64,000 nucleotides of DNA from Cyanobacteriota bacterium (lineage in GTDB: Bacteria; Cyanobacteriota; Cyanobacteriia; PCC-6307; Cyanobiaceae). Positions 17,394 through 25,637 of this stretch are shown here, piece after piece (within the stretch, counting starts at the first letter, position 1; each line of letters begins with the position of its first letter). The stretch covers positions 2,675 to 66,674 of the forward strand of contig JBKDOV010000078.1 in NCBI GenBank assembly GCA_046342815.1. The letters run 5' to 3'. Position numbers and translations under genes: made by a program. Under the pieces are notes generated by a model. The model was not told the DNA's origin. It made no database searches and was given only the letters and a program-made list of their open reading frames with translations.

Positions 17394-17930
17394 ATGGATG
17401 GGCCGCCCATGAGTTTCCCCTGGCCCCTTCTCCTCTACCTTCTGGCCGGCATCGGCGGGGGCCTGCTGGCGATGCGCACCGGCATACCCGCCGCTCCCCT
17501 GGCGGGAGCGCTGCTGGGGGCCGGAGCCCTAAGCATGAGCGGAAGGCTGGAAACCGCCCACTGGCCGCCAGGCACCCGCACGATTCTGGAGATCGCCATC
17601 GGCACCGTGATCGGCACCTCCCTCACCAGCGCAGCCCTGGGAGAACTGCGTCAGCTGTGGCGACCGGCCCTGCTGATCACCCTCACCCTGGTGCTCACCG
17701 GAGTGGTGGTGGGTCTCTGGTGCAGCCGACTGCTCGGGATCGACCCTGTGGTGGCCCTGCTCGGGGCCGCCCCCGGGGGCATCAGCGGCATGAGCCTGGT
17801 GGGGGCCGAATTCGGGGTGGGGGCCGCCGTGGCCGCCCTGCACGCCGTGCGCCTGATCACGGTGCTGCTGGTGCTGCCCCTGGTGGTGAAGCTGGTGCTG
17901 CCTGCCACCGGCTCCCCCCCCGGTGGCTGA
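17394..17930 (+). CDS. AbrB-family (PF05145-like) integral membrane protein, half-size
   Basis: 178 aa and almost entirely hydrophobic or glycine-rich helices (LLYLLAGIGGGLLA, GAAPGGISGMSLVGAEFG, RLITVLLVLPLVVKL), typical of putative AbrB-duplication transporters. Confidence 0.6.
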   Translation: MDGPPMSFPWPLLLYLLAGIGGGLLAMRTGIPAAPLAGALLGAGALSMSGRLETAHWPPGTRTILEIAIGTVIGTSLTSAALGELRQLWRPALLITLTLVLTGVVVGLWCSRLLGIDPVVALLGAAPGGISGMSLVGAEFGVGAAVAALHAVRLITVLLVLPLVVKLVLPATGSPPGG

Positions 17931-18016
17931 TCAGCGGCAGCCTTGCCAGGCCATCCACCCTGGACAGCCCGGCCCGGGTCGATACGTTGGGCCTCATCGC
18001 CTTGCCGCTCCGCCCG

Positions 18017-18484
18017 ATGGCCCCTCGTCTGCGTCGCCGCCCCTCCCTATTTTTGCTGGCGGCCTGTGCCGCAGGCCTGAGCAGCCTGTCGGCAACGATC
18101 ACGCTCCAGCCTGCCCTTGCCGAATCCGGAAGTCCCGGTGGCAAAGGGGCGCAGGTGTACTGCTTCATGCGCGGCAACGGCAACGATCACGCCACCAGCT
18201 GGTCGGCTGCCTATGCCCTGATCAAACGCCAGAGCGGCAGCATGTTCAAGACCTCCCCTGAACACGCTGCGGTGATGATCACCGAGGCAGTGGTGCAGAA
18301 CCCTGCTTCCTTTCCGGATTGCGGCCGCTACCTGGGCGACCTCTACACCCGCACCAAGGGCACGGCGACCAGCGGTCGCGCCCCCGTGGAAACGAACCTG
18401 GCTCCCACCGTGAATCCGGCTCCGGGTGGCGCCGGTGGTAGTGCTGGTGGCGGAGGCCTGACCCGCAGTGAGCGCTACAACTGA
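18017..18484 (+). CDS. secreted hypothetical protein (signal peptide, Gly-rich tail)
   Basis: ATG at 18017, in the frame of the artefactual 565-aa track ORF. MAPRLRRRPSLFLLAACAAGLSSLSA is a classic signal peptide. It is followed by a Cys-containing globular part and a GGAGGSAGGGG tail. Confidence 0.6.
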   Translation: MAPRLRRRPSLFLLAACAAGLSSLSATITLQPALAESGSPGGKGAQVYCFMRGNGNDHATSWSAAYALIKRQSGSMFKTSPEHAAVMITEAVVQNPASFPDCGRYLGDLYTRTKGTATSGRAPVETNLAPTVNPAPGGAGGSAGGGGLTRSERYN

Positions 18485-18872
18485 TCACACCCGGAACCGG
18501 ACCCGAGCGCAGGCCAGGCTGGCTGGGCTGTTCCTGGCGAGCCTGGTTCTGCTGGGGGGCTGCGCCGAAGAGGCCTTGCCCGAACGCAAGACCACCCACG
18601 ATGACTGCCTTCGGCAGGTGGACCTGAAGCAGCTGCGGGATGCGATCGCAGCCTGTGACAAGGTCGTGGCGGCCTTCCCCCAGGACCCCTGGCCCCTGAA
18701 CGAGCGCTATCTGCTCCACAGCCTTGCGGGAGACATGGAGGCCGCCTGCCGCGACAATCGCCAGGCGGTGGCCCTGGCCCGGCGCCTTTCCCCCAAGCAG
18801 CTCGACCGGCTGCTGCGCAACGACCTGCAACTGCGCGAACAGAGCTGCCGCCCGGCAGCGATCGGTCGATGA
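18468..18872 (+). CDS. putative lipoprotein, Cys-rich
   Basis: 134 aa. RLAGLFLASLVLLGGC is a lipobox-type signal. Overlaps the previous gene by 17 nt, which suggests an operon. Confidence 0.6.
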   Translation: MSATTDHTRNRTRAQARLAGLFLASLVLLGGCAEEALPERKTTHDDCLRQVDLKQLRDAIAACDKVVAAFPQDPWPLNERYLLHSLAGDMEAACRDNRQAVALARRLSPKQLDRLLRNDLQLREQSCRPAAIGR

Positions 18873-18885
18873 ACCAGGGGGCGGT

Positions 18886-20517
18886 TCACCAGCCCTCCAG
18901 CATCCTGCGCACCAGGTCGGGCAGCGCCCGACGCCCTTCCTGCGGGCTGCGGGACATCAACAGGGAAATCCGCTCGGCCTTGGCCGCGATCAGATCATCC
19001 ACCAGCTGATCGGCCACCCCCAGCTGGAGCCAGTGGCTGGTGAGACTGGCCCCCATGCCGATCCGATGGCATCGGTCCTCCGCCTGCTCGGCGTCCCCCG
19101 GCGTCCAGGGTCTCTCCACAAGCACCACATGGCGGGCCCGGTGCAGGGTGAATCCGAGCCCGGCGGTGCCGTACGTGGCCACCAGCAGGTGGCGCCGTCC
19201 CGCCTGAAACCCATCCACCAGCTGCTGCCTGCGGGGAGGGGGCACCTGCCCGGTGAGCAGAACGCCCCGCTCAGGACCGCCGAAATGGGCCAGCAACAGC
19301 CGGGCGGTGGCCACGAAGGCCGTGAAGACCACCACTGCCTCGCCCGCCCCCAGCAGATTGGCCACCAGGGCAGCAGTGGCCGGCAGCTTGTACTGGGAAC
19401 CGATCTGTCGAAGGGCCGTGAGCAGCGCCAGGGCCTCGGCGTCCCGCCGCACCTCCCCCCTGGCGGCACGGCGCCGGTACTCCTCGACACGCAGATCCAG
19501 CTGGTGCTGAAATCCCTTGGCTGCCGCCGCATCGAGCCGCACCGGCTGGATCCGCCGCTGCTTGGGCGGCAGGTCGAGGCACTGCTGCTTGCGGCGATGC
19601 AGCAACAGCGGCCGCACCAGCCGCTGCAGTTCCTCCAGATGACTGGCACCACTGGCCTGCCACAGGCGACGCCCCCCCTGCTCCCGCCAGTGCCCCTGGC
19701 AGTAGCGCTCCTCAAAGGCCCCCTGATCCCGACCGAGGGGATGGCCGATCGCCGCCAGCAGGGGAAAGAGCTGGGCCGGCCGGCCGTTCTTCATCGGCGT
19801 GCCGGTGAGCAGCCAGATCGCGCGCAGGCGGGGGTGCCGCGCCAGGCGCAGAAACGCCCGAGTGCGGGCCGCGGCCATCGACTGGGCGAAATGGGCCTCA
19901 TCGGCGATCAGCACCGTGCCGGCCTCCGGAAGGGCGACCGGAATCCGGGCCCAGCTGTGCAGCTCCAGCTGCACCCCAACGGCCAGCGCCTCCTGCTGCC
20001 AGTGGCGGTGCAGGCCCGCCGGAGCAAGAACCACGAGGCGACAGTCGGCACAGCGAACCATGGCGCGGCCAGCCAGCAGGGCCGAGAGGGTCTTGCCGAG
20101 GCCCATCGCATCGGCAAGGACCGCCCCCCTCCGCGCCAGCAACCACCGGGCCGCCGCCCGCTGGTGGGCATAGGCCCGTCGACCATCGGCAAGGGGTTGC
20201 TCCAGGTCGGCACTGGCCAGCAGCTGGCGATGGGTCGGCAGGGGGGGCAGGGGCTGCCGCAGCCAGGCGAACCAACGGGCCAACTCCGCCTCGATGGGGA
20301 AGCGGCCCGCCAGCTGGGCCTGGAGCACAACCGCCGCCTCCAGCGGGAACTCCCAGCAGCTGCGGCGAGGCAACCATCGGCCGGCGGGACGAATGGCCCG
20401 GAGCTGGGCCTGGGTGACCGCATCAAACGGACAGACCACCTCAATCAGACCGGTGGGCCCGAGGCGCATCTGCACGAGCGATCCGGCCAATCCGCCAAAG
20501 TGCAGTTCACGACACAT
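18886..20517 (-). CDS. SNF2-family helicase with N-terminal HARP-like domain (SMARCAL1/ZRANB3-like annealing helicase)
   Basis: Motif I DAMGLGKT, motif II DEAH, motif III LTGTPMKN, motif VI QAEDRCHRIG. N-terminal VVCPFDAVTQAQLRAIRPAGRWLPRRSCWEFPL resembles a HARP repeat. ATG at 20517 chosen; the track ORF extends to 20652. Confidence 0.85.
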   Translation of the reverse strand: MCRELHFGGLAGSLVQMRLGPTGLIEVVCPFDAVTQAQLRAIRPAGRWLPRRSCWEFPLEAAVVLQAQLAGRFPIEAELARWFAWLRQPLPPLPTHRQLLASADLEQPLADGRRAYAHQRAAARWLLARRGAVLADAMGLGKTLSALLAGRAMVRCADCRLVVLAPAGLHRHWQQEALAVGVQLELHSWARIPVALPEAGTVLIADEAHFAQSMAAARTRAFLRLARHPRLRAIWLLTGTPMKNGRPAQLFPLLAAIGHPLGRDQGAFEERYCQGHWREQGGRRLWQASGASHLEELQRLVRPLLLHRRKQQCLDLPPKQRRIQPVRLDAAAAKGFQHQLDLRVEEYRRRAARGEVRRDAEALALLTALRQIGSQYKLPATAALVANLLGAGEAVVVFTAFVATARLLLAHFGGPERGVLLTGQVPPPRRQQLVDGFQAGRRHLLVATYGTAGLGFTLHRARHVVLVERPWTPGDAEQAEDRCHRIGMGASLTSHWLQLGVADQLVDDLIAAKAERISLLMSRSPQEGRRALPDLVRRMLEGW

Positions 20518-20566
20518 TGACAGCCGGCACGACCTGGGCAGACTGCCGCCAACCGAGGCGCGCTCC

Positions 20567-21001
20567 ATGCTGGCCAGGGATGGAGTTTTCCTAGAAGACC
20601 TCTGCCCCAAGCTGCGCGTTCGACGATGGCGCCAGACGCTGCATGGCCTCACGGGCAGCCGCTGTCTCTATTGCGGTGCCTCCTCCGAGTCGATCGACCA
20701 CATCCACCCCCTCAGCCGTGGCGGCCTGAGTGTGACCGAAAACTGCGTTCCGGCATGCCTCGCCTGCAATGGCAGCAAGGGCGACAGCGATGCCTTCGTC
20801 TGGTACCGGCGGCAACCTTTCTACGACCCAAGGCGGGCCATGGCCCTGCGAGCCTGGACGGAGGGAGACATGCGCCTGGCCCTGCGGCTGCTGGAATGGA
20901 CCCAGCCGGAACCCGAAGCAGGGGCTGATCATCGCCAGAGCGACGATCACCAGACCCGGCAGGCCGCCACGCCGTTGTGGCGATGGCAGATGGCCTCCTG
21001 A
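20567..21001 (+). CDS. HNH endonuclease
   Basis: ATG at 20567. CLYCGASSESIDHIHPLSRGGLSVTENCVPACLACNGSKGD is a canonical HNH/CxxC pattern. Divergent from the SNF2 gene. Confidence 0.85.
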   Translation: MLARDGVFLEDLCPKLRVRRWRQTLHGLTGSRCLYCGASSESIDHIHPLSRGGLSVTENCVPACLACNGSKGDSDAFVWYRRQPFYDPRRAMALRAWTEGDMRLALRLLEWTQPEPEAGADHRQSDDHQTRQAATPLWRWQMAS

Positions 21002-21261
21002 TCCCGGGGGTGTTCGGGAGCCACCACCATGGCCAGCAGAATCAGCACGGTGACAAAGGCCAAGGGGATCGCCGGGGCCGCCAGGGGCCTGCGGACGGCA
21101 GCCCCCTGCCCCGCCCGTCCCCCGGCGACCCTTGACAACGCGGGGGTGGGAAGAACGGAGGGGTACGGGAAGAGAATCGAGCTGGTGAGCCTGGGAGCGG
21201 AGAAATCGGGAGCGGAGAGATCGGGGGTGGAGAAAACTGGAGAGGAGAAAGAGGCCGCCAC
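20947..21261 (-). CDS. possible small membrane protein with N-terminal FS(T/A)PD pentapeptide repeats
   Basis: 104-aa ORF with high GC3 by hand count. One hydrophobic helix (AIPLAFVTVLILLAMVVA). The N-terminus is encoded by the 15-bp tandem repeat. No family recognised. Confidence 0.3.
   Translation of the reverse strand: MAASFSSPVFSTPDLSAPDFSAPRLTSSILFPYPSVLPTPALSRVAGGRAGQGAAVRRPLAAPAIPLAFVTVLILLAMVVAPEHPRDQEAICHRHNGVAACRVW
21193..21252. repeat. degenerate 15-bp tandem repeat x4
   Basis: GGGAGCGGAGAAATC / GGGAGCGGAGAGATC / GGGGGTGGAGAAAAC / TGGAGAGGAGAAAGA, read directly from the sequence. Confidence 0.8.
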
Positions 21262-21270
21262 GACGAACCC

Positions 21271-22212
21271 ATGGAGAGCAATACAAATGTACTCATGGAC
21301 TCGGATGCTGGCAACCTTTCCCGCCTGGGGGGCGTGCTGGTGCTGGGAGCCGGCTACACGGGGCGACGCTTCGCCACGGCCCTCTCAGACCTCGGCGTAC
21401 CCACCCTGATCACCCGGCGCCGCCGGCCCGAAGAACCCGAAGCCACGGAATCCCTGCCCTGGCTTCCCTTCGATGGCGCCGCAGGAATCCTGCCCTCCGC
21501 CAAGGAGCTGGCCGGAATCACCCATGTGCTGGTGACGATCCCCCCGCAATCCGAAGGATCGGATCCGGTGCTTGAGCACCTGGGGGACGTGCTGGCGACG
21601 CTGCCGCTGCAATGGGTGGGCTACCTCTCCACCACCGGCGTCTACGGAGACCAGGGCGGCGCCTGGGTGAACGAGGACACGCCCACCGGGCCAGGCCTGC
21701 AGCGAAGCCGCTCCCGCCTGGATTGCGAAGCGGCGTGGGGAAACACGGGACTGCCCTTGCAGATCTTCCGACTGCCGGCGATCTACGGACCCGGGCGAAC
21801 CCCCTTCGAAAGCCTGCGCAATGGCAACGCCCGCCTGATTCACAAACCGGGGCAGGTCTTCTCCCGGGTGCATGTGGACGACATCGTGGGGGCACTGCTG
21901 CACTGCCTCGCCCTGCCGCCGGAATGCCGACCCGAAACGCTGATCGTGGCCGATGAAGTCCCCTGTCCCTCCAGTGAAACCATGGGGTATGCCGCCCATC
22001 TGCTGGGATGTCGCTTGCCGGAGGTGCAGCCCTACGCCCGCATCGCCGAGATGATGAGCCCGATGGCCCGCAGCTTCTGGAGCGAAAACCGCCGCGCCAG
22101 CAGCAGGCTGCTGCGCCAGGAGCTCGGCTACCGCCTGCGCTACCCCAGTTACCGCGAGGGGTTCTGTGCCTGCCTGGAGCAGGAGGGAGGATTCAGCGAC
22201 TCAGCACCTTGA
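21271..22212 (+). CDS. NAD(P)-binding SDR / epimerase-dehydratase family protein
   Basis: Rossmann motif VLVLGAGYTGRRF. Also YLSTTGVYGD and RVHVDDIVGALL, typical of atypical SDR epimerases. Confidence 0.75.
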   Translation: MESNTNVLMDSDAGNLSRLGGVLVLGAGYTGRRFATALSDLGVPTLITRRRRPEEPEATESLPWLPFDGAAGILPSAKELAGITHVLVTIPPQSEGSDPVLEHLGDVLATLPLQWVGYLSTTGVYGDQGGAWVNEDTPTGPGLQRSRSRLDCEAAWGNTGLPLQIFRLPAIYGPGRTPFESLRNGNARLIHKPGQVFSRVHVDDIVGALLHCLALPPECRPETLIVADEVPCPSSETMGYAAHLLGCRLPEVQPYARIAEMMSPMARSFWSENRRASSRLLRQELGYRLRYPSYREGFCACLEQEGGFSDSAP

Positions 22213-22345
22213 TGGGTTCCGGTTCCGCCAGAAAGGGGACCTTGAGATCGGTGGCCATTTTGGTCCACTGGATCACGATCCAGCCGTTCTGAAGGCCCAC
22301 CCCGAGACCCGCGACCATCGCCCCCACCAGCAACCAGCGCAGCAT
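22193..22345 (-). CDS. 50-aa membrane micro-protein
   Basis: ATG at 22345 gives MLRWLLVGAMVAGLGVGLQNGWIVIQWTKMATDLKVPFLAEPEPIKVLSR. Nearly every third position is G/C. One TM helix. Confidence 0.45.
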   Translation of the reverse strand: MLRWLLVGAMVAGLGVGLQNGWIVIQWTKMATDLKVPFLAEPEPIKVLSR

Positions 22346-23369
22346 GGGTGACCATTCACACAACTCACCTCCATCGAAACCCAGCCCGGGCCGGATTGCC
22401 ATCTCCCTCGGCGATCCTGCCGGCATCGGCGCTGAAGTGACCCTCAAGGCCCTGGCCAGACCCTGGCCGGAGCCGCTGGAGGTGGTGCTGGTGGGCTGTC
22501 GGCGCTGGCTGGAAGACACCTACTGGCAGCTCCGCCAGAACGGAAGCCCGGCGCTCGCGGATCCAGCCGGCTTCGCCCTGGTGGATCTGCCGCTGGATGG
22601 GGCCGTGGTGCCTGGTCAGAGCGATGTCGCAGCCGGAGCTGCCAGCTTCGCCTGGTTGAGCCGGGCCACCCAGCTGGTGCAGGAGGGAGACTGCAGGAGC
22701 CTGGTGACGGCACCGATCGCCAAGGCGAGCTGGCACGCGGCGGGACACAACTACCCCGGCCAGACGGAGCGGCTGGCGGAACTGGCCGGCGTGCCCTCGG
22801 CCTCAATGCTGTTCACCGCGAAAGCGACCACCGGCCAATGGCGGTTGAACACCCTGCTGGCCACCACCCATATCCCCCTGGCGGAGGTGCCGCAACGGCT
22901 GGATCCCGCGCTGATCAACCATCAGCTGGAGATGCTGCTGGCCTTCTGCCGCCGCTTCTCACCGCACCCCCAGCTGGTGGTGGCGGGCCTCAATCCCCAT
23001 GCCGGCGAGGAGGGTCGTCTCGGCCGCGAAGAGCAGGACTGGTTGATCCCCTGCCTGGAGCAATGGCGTCAGTGCCATGAGGGGGTGGGACTGAGCGGGC
23101 CCGTGCCCCCGGACACCTGCTGGCTGGATGCGGCCGCTGCCTGGCGGGGAGAAGGGGCAGGACCCGACGGCTATCTGGCCCTGTACCACGACCAGGGATT
23201 GATCCCGGTGAAACTGCTGGCCTTCGATGCGGCCGTGAACACAACCCTGGGATTGCCGTTTCTACGCACCTCCCCGGACCACGGCACCGCCTTCGGGATC
23301 GCAGGGCGGGGGATCGCCCGCGAGGCGAGCATGGTGGCAGCCCTGGAAACGGCCTGGGAGCTTGGTTAG
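22344..23369 (+). CDS. pdxA: 4-hydroxythreonine-4-phosphate dehydrogenase
   Basis: IAISLGDPAGIGAEV, NPHAGEEGRLGREE, SPDHGTAFGIAGRGIA. Confidence 0.93.
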   Translation: MGDHSHNSPPSKPSPGRIAISLGDPAGIGAEVTLKALARPWPEPLEVVLVGCRRWLEDTYWQLRQNGSPALADPAGFALVDLPLDGAVVPGQSDVAAGAASFAWLSRATQLVQEGDCRSLVTAPIAKASWHAAGHNYPGQTERLAELAGVPSASMLFTAKATTGQWRLNTLLATTHIPLAEVPQRLDPALINHQLEMLLAFCRRFSPHPQLVVAGLNPHAGEEGRLGREEQDWLIPCLEQWRQCHEGVGLSGPVPPDTCWLDAAAAWRGEGAGPDGYLALYHDQGLIPVKLLAFDAAVNTTLGLPFLRTSPDHGTAFGIAGRGIAREASMVAALETAWELG

Positions 23370-23851
23370 GCCGGCTTGATCCGCATCAGCACCTGGCCGA
23401 ATTCCACCGGCGTGCCGTTCTCCACCAGGATCTCGATCACCTCACCGCTTATCTCCGCCTCCAGTTCGTTCATCAGCTTCATGGCTTCGAGGATGCAGAC
23501 CGTCTGCCCCACGGCGATGCGGCTGCCGACCTCAACAAACGCCGGTTCCCCTGGCGCGGGAGCGCTGTAGAAGGTGCCGACCATCGGAGCGGTGATCGCC
23601 TGGAGGTCGCCGCGCAAGGCAGGGGCCGCCGGGGGAGGCGCCGATGGGGTGACCACCGGAGCCGCAGGGGTAGCGGGCGCAGGAGCGGCGGCAGCGGGGG
23701 CCGCTGCCTGCAGCACCGTGACCGGAGCCGCGCCCGGAAGATTGCGACGCACTTCCAGGCGGAAATCATCGCCCTCGAGCTTGAGCTCCTGAATGTCGCT
23801 GTCGCCGAGCAGGGCCAGCAACTGGCGCAGTTGATCGTGATCGAGCTGCAT
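23366..23851 (-). CDS. accB: acetyl-CoA carboxylase biotin carboxyl carrier protein
   Basis: Biotinylation motif EAMKLMNELEAE, a Pro/Ala linker, 161 aa. Confidence 0.95.
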   Translation of the reverse strand: MQLDHDQLRQLLALLGDSDIQELKLEGDDFRLEVRRNLPGAAPVTVLQAAAPAAAAPAPATPAAPVVTPSAPPPAAPALRGDLQAITAPMVGTFYSAPAPGEPAFVEVGSRIAVGQTVCILEAMKLMNELEAEISGEVIEILVENGTPVEFGQVLMRIKPA

Positions 23852-23856
23852 GGCGA

Positions 23857-24417
23857 TCAGGACTCCCTACCCAGGTAGCTGTCGCTGCGGGTGTCGATCT
23901 TGATCTTCTCGCCGATCGAGATGAACAGGGGCACCATCACCTGGGCGCCGGTCTCCACGATCGCCGGCTTGGTGCCGCCGGTGGCGGTGTCGCCCTTGAC
24001 GCCGGGGTCGGTCTGGATGACTTCCAGCACCACCGAATTGGGCAGTTCCACTTCCAGGGGCTTGCCGTTCCAGGAAACGACACTCACCTCCATTCCCTCC
24101 TTCAGATACTTGCGCCCATCGCCGATCTGCTTGGCGGTGAGGCGCGTCTCCTCGTAGGAGGCCATGTCCATGAAGACGAAGTCATCGCCTTCCATGTAGG
24201 TGTGCTGGAGGGTGGCTTTCTCGAGCAGCGCCTGGGGCATGGTTTCGCCGGCCCGGAAGGTCTTTTCCACCACGTTGCCGCTCTGCACGGCCTTGAGCTT
24301 GGTGCGCACGAAAGCCGAGCCCTTGCCAGGCTTGACATGCAGAAACTCGACGACCCGCCAGACCTGGCCATCCAGCTCGATCGTGGTACCGGTACGAAAG
24401 TCGTTGCTGGAGATCAT
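23857..24417 (-). CDS. efp: elongation factor P
   Basis: [42 protein letters not shown]; 186 aa. Confidence 0.96.
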   Translation of the reverse strand: MISSNDFRTGTTIELDGQVWRVVEFLHVKPGKGSAFVRTKLKAVQSGNVVEKTFRAGETMPQALLEKATLQHTYMEGDDFVFMDMASYEETRLTAKQIGDGRKYLKEGMEVSVVSWNGKPLEVELPNSVVLEVIQTDPGVKGDTATGGTKPAIVETGAQVMVPLFISIGEKIKIDTRSDSYLGRES

Positions 24418-24530
24418 TCCGGCGGTTCGGATCCGGTGGATTGTACGTCTGGCTACCTGCGCACTTCTGCCCCAGCAGCCCTCGAAGCGGCGAGGAGTTG
24501 TGCCAAAGTCCAGCCAGTCACAGGAAAGAC

Positions 24531-25637
24531 ATGGGCTGGAGGCACGCGTTTCCCGGTAGCTGGAACGCCCATGTCGGCATGTTGCTGCGGCTGCTGCCGG
24601 CGCTGATGGTGTCGTTGCTGCTGGCGGTACCCCCCTGCTGGGCCGCCCTTCCCCGCGGCAATGCGGTGACCGATCCCAGCGCCCTGCTGCGCAATGCCCT
24701 GCCGATCAGCCAGAACGACCTCCAGGAACTGCAGCATCGGCTCGAGGACACCAGCGACGACCTACGAGCCAAGCGCTGGAGTGCCCTGACCGGCACGGCG
24801 CGGCGCACCCAGTCGTTGTTCGCCGGCAAACGCGAAGCGATTCTCGCCAGCTTCTCCGAAGCCAACCGAGCCACCGCCGAAGGGCTGCTCAACGATCTCG
24901 ATGGCCAGTTGCAGGAGCTGGCCACTGCCGCAGACTCCCAGCAACGGGATGAATTCCTCTCGGCCCGGCGCCTCGCCCTCAGCAGCATCGGCAACGCGGA
25001 ATCCCTGCTGGTGGGTGCCTTCCCGTTCGAGATCCCCGAGGAGTTCGCCTCCCTGCCGCGGTTGCTGGGCCGGGCCACCGTGCTGCTGCGCACCACCAAG
25101 GGGGACCTGACCGCCGTTGTGGATGGCTACAACGCGCCGCTCACGGCCGGCGCCTTCGTGGATCTGGTGCAGCGAGGCTTCTATGACGGCCTGCCGTTCG
25201 TGCGCGCGGAGGATTTCTACGTGCTGCAGACCGGGGATCCGGAGGGTCCGGCCGATGGCTACGTCGACCCGAAAACCAAGCAGACGCGCCGGGTGCCGCT
25301 GGAGATCCGGGTGCCCGGCAAGGGTGGCCCGTTCTACAACCAGACCTTCGAAGACCTCGGCCTGTTCAAGGCCGAGCCGGTGCTCCCCTTCAACGCCAAG
25401 GGCACCCTGGGATGGGCCCACTCCGATGAAGCCCTCGATGACGGCTCCTCCCAGTTCTTCCTGTTCCTGTTCGAACCCGAACTCACCCCCGCCGGCCTCA
25501 ATCTGATCGACGGCCGCTACGCCGCTTTCGGCTACGTGGTGGAGGGCCTGGACGTTCTCGAGGAGCTCACGGCTGAGGACGGAATCGTAAGCGCCAAGGT
25601 GATCGAGGGGGCAGCCAATCTCCAACCCCATGGCTGA
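24531..25637 (+). CDS. cyclophilin-type peptidyl-prolyl isomerase, thylakoid-lumen TLP40/CYP38-like
   Basis: Signal-like [22 protein letters not shown], a helical N-domain, and a C-terminal cyclophilin core ([21 protein letters not shown]...SQFFLFL). Start is ATG 24531 or 24579; the track ORF starts at 24441. Confidence 0.85.
   Translation: MGWRHAFPGSWNAHVGMLLRLLPALMVSLLLAVPPCWAALPRGNAVTDPSALLRNALPISQNDLQELQHRLEDTSDDLRAKRWSALTGTARRTQSLFAGKREAILASFSEANRATAEGLLNDLDGQLQELATAADSQQRDEFLSARRLALSSIGNAESLLVGAFPFEIPEEFASLPRLLGRATVLLRTTKGDLTAVVDGYNAPLTAGAFVDLVQRGFYDGLPFVRAEDFYVLQTGDPEGPADGYVDPKTKQTRRVPLEIRVPGKGGPFYNQTFEDLGLFKAEPVLPFNAKGTLGWAHSDEALDDGSSQFFLFLFEPELTPAGLNLIDGRYAAFGYVVEGLDVLEELTAEDGIVSAKVIEGAANLQPHG

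Noticed and set aside
16787-18016. N-terminal ~410 codons of the 565-aa + strand track ORF
   Set aside because: This part overlaps three minus-strand small ORFs and the AbrB-like gene in another frame, and its translation is Arg/Pro/Gly junk. Only the part from the ATG at 18017 (signal peptide onward) looks real.
23366-23369. pdxA and accB stop codons interlocked in TTAG (convergent 4-nt overlap)
   Set aside because: The overlap is real in the sequence. However, it is just a compact convergent junction and carries no functional implication beyond the absence of room for terminators.
24443-24456. NtcA-like GTA-N8-TAC (TGTACGTCTGGCTACC) in the efp/cyclophilin intergenic region
   Set aside because: My rough estimate is that several GTA-N8-TAC matches are expected by chance in 64 kb of this composition. 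I could not find a properly spaced TAN3T -10 element in either direction.
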